A stretch of 64,000 nucleotides of DNA, taken from contig NC_057718.1 of the NCBI RefSeq assembly GCF_004010195.1, positions 28,744,277 through 28,808,276 of the forward strand, in the 5' to 3' direction. This DNA comes from Chiloscyllium plagiosum (lineage: Eukaryota). The notes under the pieces are model-generated. The model saw only the letters and a list, made by a program, of their open reading frames with translations, had not been told where the DNA came from and did not search any database. The position numbers and the translations under genes were made by a program. This document shows positions 24,157 through 38,179 of the stretch, piece after piece (position 1 is the first letter of the stretch; every line of letters begins with the position of its first letter).

Positions 24157-26624
24157 TAAACCATTCAGTGTATAAAGTGTCAAATGCAACACATTTCATT
24201 GATAGAGCCCATAAAAATAGAAAATATCTTATACTTTCTGCATTACACTGAAGGGAAAAATGCAATACAGCTTTTCAAGAGAGATTAGATGGGGTAATTA
24301 AAAGTTCTGTTAAAAATTGACTTTGAGAAGATTTTTATGGGTGAGAGAAATGTAGAGAGGTAAATGTTTTATGGAGGCAGTTTCAAATGGAAGAACTGAA
24401 ATGATTTACAGTTTCACCAAGTGTATGCTGAAAGGGAAAGAAATATAGAAAAAGTCAGCATAAAATGATTAAGCAACAGAGAAAGAGTGGAAAATTACAG
24501 AAGTAAAACAGAGAGGTTGGAGGAGAGTTTGAGAATTTTAAATATAACAAATGCTGGTGCATGAGGCTGAAGTTCAAATGCATTTTTGCAGAGTATTGTT
24601 AACTGGGTGCAGACCAACCCATTGCTAATATTATGCATTTTATGTCAGAGAGTAAGTATAGAGAATACTGTTTTCTATCACGTAGTAGCAAGTGAATACA
24701 AACAAGTACTTTAGAAACCTCATGAGCAGCACCGTTTACTGATTACAATCCATTCTCCTTATTAGACAAATACTTCTACATTTGGTAGGGAAGTAGTTCT
24801 TTCTATCACCAAATACTTCACTTACTGAATAGGCATTCAAGTCCTTGTTAGTGATGAGGGTAGGAATGGTCTAGTAAAGGACAAGAATGTCCTGGTTCCC
24901 AAGGAAATACAAATAGTACTTCTGTAAACCTATACTCAGCAAAGATATTTACTTAGTTACAAATATAATCAGTCTCCCCCCAACACCACATCCCATTCTT
25001 TTGAACTTTCTCTGTTAACCACGTCTATTAATAACCATTTTCAGCTAAGTGGCTTGTTTTACATTCCTGAGTATAATGAACAATCAATAAGCAGATTAAT
25101 TACCAATTACAATGCTTTTCTGCGGTTTATAAACTTTGTATTACAACTTGTTTTTCCCAGACATCAGTTTATGGATCTCATACACACTATTTGCATAATG
25201 ATGATTTTCTTTTTTTTCTTCAATTATATTATTACTTAATTAGATTGATGCACAAAAACATCAACTTATTCAAAAGGTTGAGATGGAGCTCCGAAGAAAT
25301 GTTTTGGAGTATCAGCTTACTTCCTATAACTGTAATGCTGTCATCAGGCTTAATTATTTATTGATACTAGTATAAAAAAAATCACACTTGAGATCGTGCT
25401 ATTATATGATACTTTTAATTCATCACTCAAGTCATCATAAACATTTAACCAATAGTCCCTTATAGTTCAAAATGCTCTCTACTCACAACACAGATGTGGA
25501 AGGACACAATCTAGAACATATTTGTACTACTGTTGATCTCAGTGGATTCAAGTACACAAAAAAAAAACAGTTGGGTGATTGTGTGAAACTTCACATATCA
25601 ATAAACTTTATGAAAATTTACTGCCAGCATTTTACCATTTAAACAAACATGTATATTGTAGCCCTTACTTTTTAAGTCGCAGTATTATTGCAAATGCCAG
25701 ATTGAGATCACGAACTATAAATGGCAAACCAGAGTTATATTGCTAACAATGACAGACTTAGATGAGAACACAAATCTAATGTATTACTTCCTCAGAAGCT
25801 TTAATATTATAATAGAATAGACAAGATATCTCATGGATTATCAGAATTTTTAAAGACTAGTTCTACTCTAGCATGGAATAACAATATATGGAGTTTGAGA
25901 AGAGAAAGCACATGATCTCTAATTTCCTGATTTGGCATCTTTGAAAGTCTGGTTATTATAACAGAAATTATACTATCAATTAAATTATTAATAATAATGT
26001 AAATGGATGCATATTAATCTGCAATTGATTCATAAAGAGGCAATAGTAAGCTTATGGTATATCATTAAACTTTAACAACACAGTAGTTACTTAAATTAGC
26101 AAGCCACAAATGGCCCTCTATTAGGAATCCCATAGTAAAAGCCTTTTTTAAATAATATGGAAGTCCCAACTTTGGAATGATAAGTGCTAAAATGGATCAC
26201 ATGGAGAGTGATTATATGAAACGGTGTACATATCTTCAAGGATTAGAGTCTATCTCAATGGTTTGTGGAATAGTAAGTCGTTTATGCTGAAGTTCTTCAT
26301 TAAAAATTACTCAATCCTTTTTCAATTAGTTAAGTGAACAATGGCAGTGCACTCTTAAATTTCATATTAATTTCTGTTGTTCTTATATTACTTGGGAGAT
26401 GTCTCTCAAATGTATTGTCAGCCTACAGATGTGGGAAATATATTTATCATTTGCCTAATCATTCATTCGCATCCACTCTCAGGAAGTAACTAGAATACAC
26501 TGTAAGACAGCAGGGCCAAGAGTTAAAGCTTGATGACACATTGATCGTCTGTTTGACTACACCTCAACTAAGCAAGATCAAAGGTACTCTACAGTTCTAA
26601 CAATGACTAACTCAACTGTCTAAT

Positions 26625-26912
26625 TTATTTACAACACCTGAGGGCATTATCTTAGAGCAAGGGAGTCACCTAGTTAAGATAGAGATGACAAGGGACAGTG
26701 AATCTGTGGAATTCTTTACTGCTGAAGGCTGTAGAGGATAAACATTCAAGGCTAAGCCAGACAGAAATTCAGTCAGAAAGGGACTCAAACGTTATGAGGA
26801 AAATACAGGAAAATGAAGTTGAGGATTGTCAAATCAGCTATGATCTCATTGAATGGCTGAGGAGAATTCATGGGTGACATGACCTATTTCTGCTCCGACA
26901 GTTTATGGTCTA
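26625..26912 (+). mobile_element. Degenerate CR1 3' end
   Basis: GTGAATCTGTGGAATTCTTTAC..GAATGG..CCTATTTCTGCTCC pattern. Confidence 0.7.
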
Positions 26913-27053
26913 CTCAGAGCATGTGTGTCTTATTTTCATTCACCTCAGTCAGTTTTGAAATGTAATTTGTAAAATGTTAGGCTATTAGAAGTACCAAGAT
27001 ATTATTTTTCAGGACAGTTAACTTAATGAATTCTTGATCCATAATTACACATG

Positions 27054-27952
27054 AGAGTTTCATAGAGACGTACAGCATGGAAACAGACCCTTCAGTCCAA
27101 CCTGTCCATGCCGACCAGATATCGCAACCCAATCTAGTCCCACCTGCCAGCACCCAGCCCATATCCCTCCAAACCCTTCCTATTCATATACCCATCCAAA
27201 TGCCTCTTAAATGTTACAATTGTACCAGCCTCCANNNNNNNNNNNNNNNNNNNNNNNNNNNNNNNNNNNNNNNNNNNNNNNNNNNNNNNNNNNNNNNNNN
27301 NNNNNNNNNNNNNNNNNNNNNNNNNNNNNNNNNNNNNNNNNNNNNNNNNNNNNNNNNNNNNNNNNNNNNNNNNNNNNNNNNNCTGTACAGCTGCAACATG
27401 ACCTCCCAACACCTGTACTCAATACTCTGACCAATAAAGGAAAGCATACCAAACGCCTTCTTCACAATCCTATCTACCTGCGATTCCACTTTCAAGGAGC
27501 TATGAACATGCACTCCAAGGTCTCTTTGTTCAGCAACACTCCCTAGGACCTTACCATTAAGTGTAAAGGTCCTGCTATGACTTGCTTTCCTAAAATGCAG
27601 CATCTCGCATTTATCTGAATTAAACTCCATCTGCCACTTCTCAGCCCATTGGCCCATCTGGTCAAGATCCTGTTGTAATCTGAGGTAACCCTCTTTGCCG
27701 ACCACTACACCTCCAATTTTGGTGTTGTCTGCAAACTTATTAACTGTACCTCTTATGCTCGCATCCAAATCATTTATGTAAATGACAAAAAGTAGAGGAC
27801 CCAGCACTGATCCTTGTGGCACTCCACTGGTCACAGGCCTCCAGTCTGAAAAACAACCCTCCACCAGCACCCTCTGTCTTCTACCTTTGAGCCAGTTCTG
27901 TATCCAAATGGTTAGTTCTCTCGGTATTCCATGAGATCTAACCTTGCTAATC
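27054..27952 (-). mobile_element. CR1 LINE (gap at 27235-27382)
   Basis: ORF 27214..28008 with [14 protein letters not shown] and KFADNTK; tail at 27054. Confidence 0.95.
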
Positions 27953-28214
27953 ATCTTGGAATGTTTACTGTGTAACATCAGGGATGCACTGTTTTTCGCT
28001 GGAGCCAAGAATGCACAGAAGAATTATAAAAAGAAAACAATTATACAAACAACTTACACCTGTGATAACAATGCTTAAGTTACAACTTTTTGTCACAATG
28101 TTGATTTACCTAGATAGCTTCCATCATGTTTTGATTGATCTGTATAACACACAGTAATGCATTGTTCTTTATCTTCAGATAATAAAATTGAAACTCAGCA
28201 GAGAATCCAGTTCT

Positions 28215-28800
28215 TATAGAATCATAGAGTCATACAGCATGAAACAAACTCTTCAGTCTAACTTGTCCATACCAACCAAGTTTTCCAAACTAAACTGTCC
28301 CAGTTGCCTACATTTGGCCAACATAGCCAATACCTAAAATGCACCTATCCAAATGTCTTTTAATGTTGTAACTGTACCTGTATCTACCACTTCCTCTGGC
28401 AATTCATTCCACATACAAACCACCTTCTATGTGAAAACGTTGCCCCTCAGGTCCCTTTTGAATTTTTTCTTCTCTGACCTTAAAAATCTGCCTGCTTGTT
28501 TTGAACTCATCCAACCTCAAGAAAATACCTTTTCTATTCACCTTATCTGTGCCCCTCATGATGTTATAAAACTCTATAAGATTACCCCTCAACCTCCTAC
28601 GCTCTAGTGAAAAATGTCCCAGCTTAGCCAATCTCTTCTTATAACACAATTCTAGGAACATGCTAGCAAATCTTTTTTGAACCTTTTCCAATTTAGTAAT
28701 ATCCTTCCAAAGCAGAGGGACCAGAACTGTACACAGTACTCCCAAGGTGGCCTTACCAACATCCCTGTACAGCCTCAAAATGATGTCCCAACTTTCATAC
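28215..28800 (-). mobile_element. CR1 3' region
   Basis: [42 protein letters not shown] tail. Confidence 0.9.
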
Positions 28801-30739
28801 TTTAAATGTTTGGTTCTTTGGGTTCTTCTCAGTCCTTCATGATTTTTCTTTCCAATTCAATCAATCTCTTAAAACTTAGTAATTTTATTTCTGGGGAAGA
28901 ACGGCTGTAATTCTTTGATCTTATTTTACTAGATCTCCTCTGATATCACTAATAGCTCAGCCAGGACTCTCAAGCACAATGATGTTCCAAGCATCGATTT
29001 TATCCTATTTTAAAAGTAAATACTTCTCTCTGTAGAAAGGATGGGAGAGAACATGTTATTTCTATGTATACCAAAATATGATGTAATGAAAATAGATGAA
29101 GACTTGTGTTAAGTTTGTATAGACGTAGGCTGGTATACAGGTCTACACACTTGATCCCCATGTAATTGTAAATTGTTCAGTGTTTGATTATGTGTTCTTG
29201 TTGTCTTTTTCCTGTTCTGTGTACTGTTAGTCAAGCAAAGACACAAATGCTAAAAGCAAACATTAAAATTGTGACTGCTGCAGATGTTGTCAAAGCACAT
29301 GTAAATAAAACTCCAATTTCATACAAAGAAATTAGTTGTGAGTCCTCATATTTTTGAGGCACAAAATACAACACTAGCAAGAAGCATTGAGGAAAGGCTG
29401 GATACTTCATGACAAAAAGGGAATATCAAACAATCATTCAAGACAACACTCACACATTTTTCCGTGACCAGCCGTAATAATTAATTCTCTAATCTTCTGT
29501 ACTGTGGTTATGAATAGTTTAGGGACACTGCAGCATAAAGAAAGAGAAATAAAATTTAGAATCAAAAGCTAAGTTGTAGCCTTACAACTAGACTATTATC
29601 CAAGCCATATATTCTGTATTGTATTTGTTCCAAGTTTAAAATTTTTTCACAAGTTTTACACTTTGTGCATTTTCTTTACCCACTACAGCTGGCAAATTTT
29701 ACAATAGCAGTTTAAATTTTTCACAAACCTCTAGTCATATTGACACCACTCAAGACTGTCACTTGACACATGCCAGTTTATCTTTATAATTTAATACAAT
29801 TTAATCTTTATAATTTAATGCAAGCTCTTGATCATGTATTCAGTTCCACTTGCTTCATATCTGTTATTCATTTTACCAACTGCATTAACAATTAATCACT
29901 AAGTGTCTACAAACTTGCTAAAAGAACTTATGTACATTACATAACTAAATGGACAAAAATATTAATGAATAAATTAATCAGAACTGAATGATGCTATACT
30001 ATAATAAAAGACGTAGAGTAAAGGTTTGCACAGGATACAAAATATTAATAAAATTGTTAACACCAGTTATCTTTGGTAGACAACATGTTTTTGAAAATGA
30101 TTTTGAATAATTTGCTTTCAATCATTACTTTTACTTAAACTGCGTAATTAAAATCATAAAACAATAGTGCAGATGTGGTAGGTCATTTGATTTATCTAGT
30201 TTATATTTCCAAAGAATTCTATGGTTTCCCCTGTGACAGAATTTAAATGTGGATTGATTCCAGAAATTTGCTGTCCATTGCTCTACCTTGATGAGTATTC
30301 CAAGAGCTCATCAGCTTTAGAATGAAGAAATGTTTTCTGAGATTTCTTTTAAAGTTGACTAGAATCAGTTTTACCAAACTCTGAAACATGTGAGCTAAAA
30401 AGGAATCTGCCACTGAACTACATTGTGGAGTTGTTCCAGAATGTTTTAGATGAAAACCCACGTGGATTCCAGTGACAAATTTCCTTTCGAATCCCCATGA
30501 ATCAGAGAATTCTGGTTTGAAGAGGTGCTTATGTTTCTGGATCATTCATTTCAAGGCTCCTAACAAAATGACAGAAGCACAAACCTTGATTGTAACAGAG
30601 TGTTAAGAAGTGCACACCTATTTTCATCAAGCTACCACTCACTCACTTGAGGAAGGAATGAAAGTTAATCCTAGAATTGTCAAAGCATTTCTCAAGCTGG
30701 ACAAAATATTTGGGTAGCATTCCAGTTGCATTGAGTCAT

Positions 30740-31690
30740 ATGAACATACAAACAAGGAACAAGAGAAGATCATGCGGTATTCAAACATTCTCCATCATTC
30801 AATAAGATCATAGCTGATCTGATTTTAACCTCAACTCCTGCATATCCTTGGTAATCTTTCATCCTCTTGATAGTCAAGAATCTATCCATCTCTGACTTGA
30901 AAATGCTGAAAGTCTTTTCATCCACTGAATTCTGAGGAAGAGAATTCCAAAGACTTACAATACTCAGAAAGAAAGAAAAATTTCCTTATCTCTTTTTAAG
31001 AGGGTACCACCTTAATTTACAACTATGACCCATGGGCCAAAATTCTCCCTCAAGAGGTAATCTACTTTCAAAATCCACCTGGTCAAAACCGCTCAAGGTC
31101 TTTTATGTTTCAATTAAGTCACCTCTGACACTTTTAAGCTCCAGAGGACACAATCTCACATTCCCTCTTAAGGAAATATCCTGCTAATATCCTCTTCACG
31201 ATTCATTCTCTCATCTATCTTCATGTCATCAGCAAATTTAGCCACCATAACTTCAGTCCTGTTATCCAAATCATTGAAATAAATAGGAAAGAGTTGAGGC
31301 TCCACCACTGACTTCTATGGCATACCATTCATGACATCCTAGCAGCCTGAAAAGGATTCACTTATTCCTACTCTCTGCTTCCTGTTAGCAACCCTAATAA
31401 TTATGCATGCCAATATATTACCTCTTACACCATGAGCTTTTATTTTCACCTTTGACGTGGTGCCTTTTCAAATGTCTTCTGGAAATCTAAATACTGAGTT
31501 CTCTGCTTCCCCTTTATCTACACCACAAGTTACTTCCTCAAAGAACTCCATTAAATTAGTTTAAACATGATTTCCATTTGACTAAATCATGTCAACAAAT
31601 CGTGCCCAATTACCTTGAACTTACCCAAGTGCCCTGTCATAACATCCTTAAGAATAATTTCTAACATTTTCCCCACGACAGGTATCAAAT
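30740..31690 (-). mobile_element. Old CR1 remnant
   Basis: Degenerate 3' UTR at 30740-31150; RT motifs (KFADD, LDFQKTFEK) on the minus strand. Confidence 0.75.
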
Positions 31691-32109
31691 TTGATGTCTC
31701 CTTGACATGGCTTATTTTTGATGGATGAAATATTACTGCTAGTGAATTCCATTGATCAAAATAAAGTTTAAAGTTACTTCCACACTTTTAGTGGGAGCTG
31801 ATTTTTCTAACTGCGTAAATGTCTGCATTCTACTAACCCCTTTGATACATGAAGCATACTGGTACATAATTGACACCACTTAGAATTTACTTGCGCAAGC
31901 ATCACATATTTTAGATAAGCCAGAGGTTTATAAAATTTAATTTTTGGCAACACTAAATAACCTCACACAGAAATGATTTCATTAACTACCTGGTTCACCG
32001 AAAACTGTTTATTTCCCATTAGTGATTGAGGAGAGAGAGCGTAGGAGACTCTTGCAGAAAGCATTTACAATATAACGCTAAAACCAGAGAAGTGATAGAA
32101 AACAAAGTC

Positions 32110-32855
32110 CCCACCCTTTTGCAGCCTCTTTCTTCCTTATATCGCAATTGCAGCCTCCCACCACCCTGTTTGTAGTCTCCCTCCATCTCTTACAGCTTTT
32201 TTCAATTCCAAAGCTCTCTATACCCTTTCTTTCTCCCATCCTGCTTGTGGCCTGCCCACGACCTTTTAGCTTCACCACAACCCTTATTACTCTATGTACT
32301 CTATGCTACTTAGTACTCTATGCTACTTTCTCCACACCCCCACCCTCCTCTAGCTTAACTCTCCATGCTTCAGGCTCACTGCCTTTATTCCTGATGAAGG
32401 GCTTTTGCCTGAAACGTCGATTTCGAAGCTCCTTGGATGCTGCCTGAACTGCTGTGCTCTTCCAGCACCACTAATCCATAACCCTTATTACAGCCTCTTT
32501 CTTCTTGCCACCGCACTTCAGCTTCCCCCATTACCTTGTAGCTTCTCTTCACCTTTCATTACAACTTTTTCTTTCCCTATTTACCATGCAGCCTCCCCAC
32601 TCTTCTTAAATTCACTTGCAGCTTTTCTTCCCCTGACTCTTTGCAGCCTCATTATACACCTGTAGTGGCTCTATGAATATCCCCACCTTGCAGTTTCTCT
32701 GTTCCTCCTTTCCTCAATTCGCGTTGCAATATTTTTTCTTCTTGCAGCGTCTTCTACCCCGTTGTGGCTTCTTCTTAATTCCATTGCATCCTTTTCCTCC
32801 ACTTCCCTCCACACCTAGTAGTCCTTCCCCACACCCCTGTAGCCTCTTTCTTCTC
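32110..32855 (+). repeat. Degenerate pyrimidine-rich minisatellite (Yn-TTGCAGCYT core)
   Basis: About 20 recurrences of TT(G/A)(C/T)AGC(C/T)T-like cores spaced roughly 25-30 bp. Confidence 0.7.
32291..32479 (+). mobile_element. Short Penelope-derived insert with hammerhead core
   Basis: Flanked by AACCCTTATTAC direct repeat (32279-32290 and 32480-32491); core at 32391-32418. Confidence 0.85.
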
Positions 32856-33294
32856 CATGCTTTGGCAGATGACCTCACCCATAGCAATCAGAAATCCTGA
32901 CAGACAGCTCCCTAACCTCAGCCCTCCAGGTCTTGGTCTCAATACCCTCAACAAAAGATGTCTCTGGCAGTTCGCAAAATTACTTTGCTTTCTCCCTTTC
33001 TTACTTACCCTGCTCACTGCTCCTCCAAGTATGGCTAGATCGCTCCAATTTTAGAGGCAATAGGCTTAGAGTGAAATTATCAGCAGCAAACATGAGAGAG
33101 AACAGATTAGAGCAGCAGCTCCTCATCAATTTCATCTATTGTAGTTACAGGGACTCCCATTGGTCGCACCCCCATGCTCTATGGATTTCAAAGGTGAATT
33201 CATCCACTATTCTTATGTGTTTTGAGTGCTGGGTCAGTGATTTGTTTTTAACTTTTACTATTGTTCAAGAAGACAACTCACCAGCACATTCTCA

Positions 33295-33395
33295 AATCAG
33301 AATGTGTGGTGCTGGAAAAGCACAGCAGGTCAGGCAGCATCTAAGGAGAAGGAGAGTCGATGTTTCGGGCATAAGCTCTTCATCAGGAATGTGAG
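33295..33395 (-). mobile_element. Short Penelope-derived insert with mutated hammerhead core
   Basis: Minus strand CTGATGA A GAGC TTAT GCCC GAAA CA TC at 33359-33386. Confidence 0.85.
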
Positions 33396-35884
33396 GCAAT
33401 AAATGAATAAATGCTGGTTCAGCCAGTGAAGCCCATATCCCATGGATGAAGAAAATGAATTGTTCTCACATAATTTCTACTAATGACTACAGCTGAAAGT
33501 TATACAGCAGCAGAGCTTTAACGTATAGCCCACTTCTTCCTTGGGTGTGTTCATACATCAGAAGGAGGCTGCCATCTATTACAAATTTAAATAATTCAAA
33601 TTCCACAGAAATGCAACTTCACATCAATGTTGAAATTTGGTGTTTCAACAGCATAAAAATGATCCACACCATGTTATAATATTGCTTATATATTTTACAG
33701 CTAATCTTACTATGGGCAGAGCCAATAACTCCCAGTAGGTTTTCAGAAACAGAACTTATTTCAGTGAGAGTAGGTACAAGAAAGGGAATTCAAGCTTAAT
33801 TACGTAGTGTTACATTTGCTTGCTAAAGCAAAAAATGTGTTTCCCACCTACTCTGTAATTCATGTACAGCTGCGTGAATGTATCTGTCACAATGTCTGCT
33901 CTCTCACACATTTGACATTTATATGAATACAGCTAAGTAAAACGTGTGAATATTTGTTATGTGTGCAAAAACATAATTAAACATTTCATGTGTACATTTA
34001 TATAACTTTCTTACAAAAGGTTGAGTGCCAATCTGCCACAAATCTAATATTATTCACAAATATCACACACTGCATTGGATTAGAAGGCCTATTGGTGCAG
34101 GATACAAATAGAAGCATGTGTTGTTGTTCAATGCAAACAGGTTCTTTCTGTGGGTGGTTTCCTGTTAATGTTTGCTTTTGTAAAATGTATAATACTTAGA
34201 ATCATTTCCAATTTTATTTAAACATCTTGACTAATTTGCAGAGATTGGCGTGTTTTAAGGTAAAAGTTATATTGTTTACAATTTGTAACTGCTGTTTGTT
34301 CTCATCTGATGGAAAGTGAGTTCCCACAACAATCTTTGCATTATGCCCTGCTCCCTGTTTCCTTGCACCTGCTTTTCCTTAGAACCTGTTCATGGCTTGC
34401 CTCTGGTTTTTTGTGACACTACTTCTGACAATATCTCCCAGAATATGTCCAATCAGAGTTGGCAATGCTACCTGTAGACCAATTTACTGCATGTCAGTTC
34501 CTATGTAATAAGTGTATATAGAATCGATATTCTATCATTCCTTTCCATGATGTGGTGTAGAGGTGGTTAGGCTGAGGGACAGTAAATACACCTATACCAG
34601 CCCTGCCAACTTCTCAGTGGTAATTAGGGATTAGCAATAACTACTGGCTTGTCAATATGCGTACATCCCATGAACAAGTGAAAAAAATGCTAATTACTGC
34701 ATGGATCACACTTTGCTTTATGATCTAAAATAAACAATGTTGTAGCCAATAGTGTTGGCTCCAAATTTACTGATCACAAAAGAAACACTACATTGTGTCA
34801 TGTCATGATCATGGATCATAATCCCAGATCACCTATGAACATATTGAACTCTTAACTGCAATAAATAGTCACGGACAAAAAAATGAATGTGAATTTAGAC
34901 TCAGCGGGTGTTTGGAGAAGATTCCTGGAATTTCATTCCTGAAGGTGTCAATGCTCTGACACAGCATCAAAGGGAGAAGAAGTGCGCTATAAATTGAACT
35001 CTAATTGCCTGTGAGTATCTCTGACTATGAACATATTGGGAGAAAATACATCAGACTGACTGAAATACATATTTGCATTTTCCATTTTCATAAATACAGA
35101 GACGGGGGTTAAAAATGAAATTCAACTCTGACCTATTGTGTACTGGTGGGCTGGGTTCAATCATTAGTGTGCTGTGAATGTCACAGTCAAAGAACCATCC
35201 TTCTCCTGCATTGCAGGCAAATGTTTCTCTTACTCTGTATTCTGGAAGCCAGTCAAAAAGGAAACAGGATAAAAGAAGGACTCTCTTGATCTGAATTCTG
35301 GAAGCTGGTTAGTAAGTCAGCTAAAAGGCAAATAGCACAAATGATTTTCAGTTAAACTGTGAAGTCAACTGTTCAACATTCAACATTTCACTATCTACAT
35401 CTACACGAATGATTCTGAGATTGATCCAAATGTCTCTTAACTTTTATCTTTTTGTGGACTAATTTCTCGTTTCGTGATTGTACATCTGTCTGTATTATTA
35501 TTTCTTCTCACGTTTGATAACTAGCACATTCATTCTTTCATTACTGTCAGAAATCCTGTTAAATTGGCTCCTTTTAAAACATAGAGAAAGGTACCTCACA
35601 AAAGGAGAGATCTTTTTGAATTAACTCTGTTATGGGCATTTCAGGAGGGGTTCACGCTAACCCAAACAAAAAATATGAGCAGGGAGGTCAGAGATCCTTT
35701 AGGAGGAGTTACCTGACACTTAAGGATCTGAATTGGCTCACTGAATGTTACCCAGTGGTGTTGTAGGTAGTGATAGCCATGCTGCTACTGCTATGTTGCT
35801 CAACTTTATGCTCCATCTACCGCCCAATCCTGGATATTTATAAAATTTCACTCATCAGGTTCAAATATTGTTGATGTTTTGCAG

Positions 35885-36710
35885 ATGGAAATCTTATTTT
35901 GTAGATTGGTGGCCTGTGACCAGCAGTGTTCCAGAGGGATCTATGCTGGGTCCACTGTTATTCGTCATTTACATAAATGATTTGGATGAGAACTTAGGTA
36001 GTATAGGTCGTAAGTTTGTGGATGACACTAAGATTGGCGATATAACGGACAGTGAAGAATGTTATCTGGGAATGCAGTGAGAACTTGATCAACCAGGCTA
36101 GTAGGCAGAGGAATGGAAGATGGAGTTTAATTTAGATGAATGCAAGGTGCTGCATTTTGGAAAAGCAAACCAGGGTAGGACTTACATAGTCATTGGTAGG
36201 GTCCTGAGGAGTGTTATAGAATAAAGAGATCTAGGGATACAGATTCACAGCTCCTTGAAAATTGAGTCATAGATAGACTGCATGCTAGCTTTGATTGGTC
36301 AGAGCATTGAGTATTGGAGATGGGACATTTAGTTTCAACTGTACAAGATGTTGGTGAGGCCACGTATGGAGTACTGTGTGTAGTTCTCATCACCCTACTA
36401 TGGAAAGGATATTATTAAACAAGAAATACTGCCAAAACTATTTACTAGGATGCTACCTGGAGTGGAAGGTTTGTGTTATAAGGAGAGGTTGGATAGGCTG
36501 GGACTCTTCCCTGGAGTGTGGGAAACTGAGGGGTGACCTTATAGGGTTATATAAAACCATGAGAGTATAGATAAGTTAGATAGCGGTCAGCTTTTCCCTA
36601 TGGGACAGTAGACAAAAGTAGACTGCATAGATTTATGATGAAAGGGCAGAGATACAAAAGAGTCCAGTGGGGCAATTTCTTCACAGAGAGTATGGTGAGT
36701 GTCTGGAATA
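35885..36710 (+). mobile_element. Decayed CR1 RT and 3' region
   Basis: [34 protein letters not shown]. Confidence 0.9.
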
Positions 36711-37730
36711 TAACATAGAACATTACAGCGCAGTACAGGCCCTTCGGCCCTCGATGTTGCGCCGACCTGTCATACCAATCTGAAGCCCATCTAATTTACA
36801 CTATTCCATGTACATCCATATGCTTGTCTAATGATGTCTTAAATGTACTTAAAGTTGGTGAATCTACTACCATTGCAGACAAAGCATTCCAGACCCTTCC
36901 TACTCTCTGAATAAAGAAACTATCTCTGACATCTGTCCTACATCTATCACCCCTCAATTTAAAGCTATGCCCCCTTGTGCTCACCGTCACCATACTTGGA
37001 AAAAGCCAGAGTTTTGTACAGCTGTAGCATAACCTCATGGTTCCGGAACTCGATCCCTCTATTAATAAAAGCTAAAACACTGTATGCCTTCTTAACAACC
37101 CTGTCAACCTGGGTGGCAACTTTCAAGGATCTGTGTACCTGGACACCGAGATCTCTCTCCTCATAGAGTCATAGAGTCTTAGAGATGTATAGCACGGAAA
37201 TAGAGCCTTCGGTCCAATCTGTCCATGCCGACCAGATATCCCAACTATCAAGAATCTTATCATTAGCCCAGTATTTTGCATTCTGGTTACTCAGACCAAA
37301 GTGAATCACCTCACACTTGTCCGCATTAAACTCCATTTGCCACCTCTCAGCCCAGCTCTGCAGCTGATCTATGTCTCTCTGTAACCTACAACATCCTTCG
37401 TCACTATCCACAACTCCACTGACCTTAGTGTTGTCTGCAAATTTACTAACCCACCCTTCTACGCCCTCATCCAGGTCGTTCATAAAAATGACGAACAGCA
37501 GTGGACCCAACACCGACCCTTGTGGAACACCACTGGTAACTGGACTCCAGGATGAACATTTCCCATCAACCACCACCCTCTGTCTTCTTTCAGCAAGCCA
37601 ATTACTGATCCAAACAGCTATGTCTCCCACAATCCCATTCCTTTGCATTTTGTACAATAGCCTACTGCGGGGAACCTTATCGAACACCTTGCTGAAATCC
37701 ATATACACCAAATCAACCGGTTTACTCCCA
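36711..37730 (-). mobile_element. CR1 LINE with internal deletion and a nested short CR1 3' end (about 37161-37246)
   Basis: Tail at 36711; RT motifs in ORF 37169..37843; nested (CATAGAGT)n tail. Confidence 0.9.
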
Positions 37731-37731
37731 T

Positions 37732-37922
37732 CTGGGGTAACAGAGGTAATAGTGGAAACGAGTATAATTTTGTCATTTAAGAAACATTTAGAGAGGTACA
37801 TTGATGAGATAGGTATGGAACGATATGGACCAAACACAAGCAAATGAGACTATTTTAAATTGTTAAAACTGGGCAGCTTGGGCAAGTTGAGCCGAAGGGC
37901 CTATTGTCATGCTCTATGACTG
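37732..37922 (+). mobile_element. CR1 3' UTR
   Basis: FKKHLERYID..; GAGCCGAAGGGCCT..CTCTATGACT end. Confidence 0.8.
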
Positions 37923-38179
37923 TAAATAAGCAACTTAGTGGGACTCCAAATAAGAGTTCAACTTGGGATCCAATATGACATTAAAATGAGACAAGAGTGG
38001 TTTAATCTTAAAGAGTTGTCAGAGAAATAGAGTCACTGTCTAGGGAATGAATTTTGGATTGATTAAAAACAATGGCTTTGATTCATTCAATAGTCAACTG
38101 GAGGAAATTTCTGTTCATGCAGTGCAGGATGTCAGATACAGTTTGCTATTCAGCAACAGTGGAGTGGTAAAGAAAGATG

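Noticed and set aside
35071..35200. Immunoglobulin V promoter or RSS
   Set aside because: No leader or V ORF follows the octamer, and the CACAGTG hits I noticed lack a correctly spaced nonamer
37371..37847. ORFs such as [16 protein letters not shown] (also 6361..6723 and 53538..54080)
   Set aside because: Antisense shadows of CR1 RT
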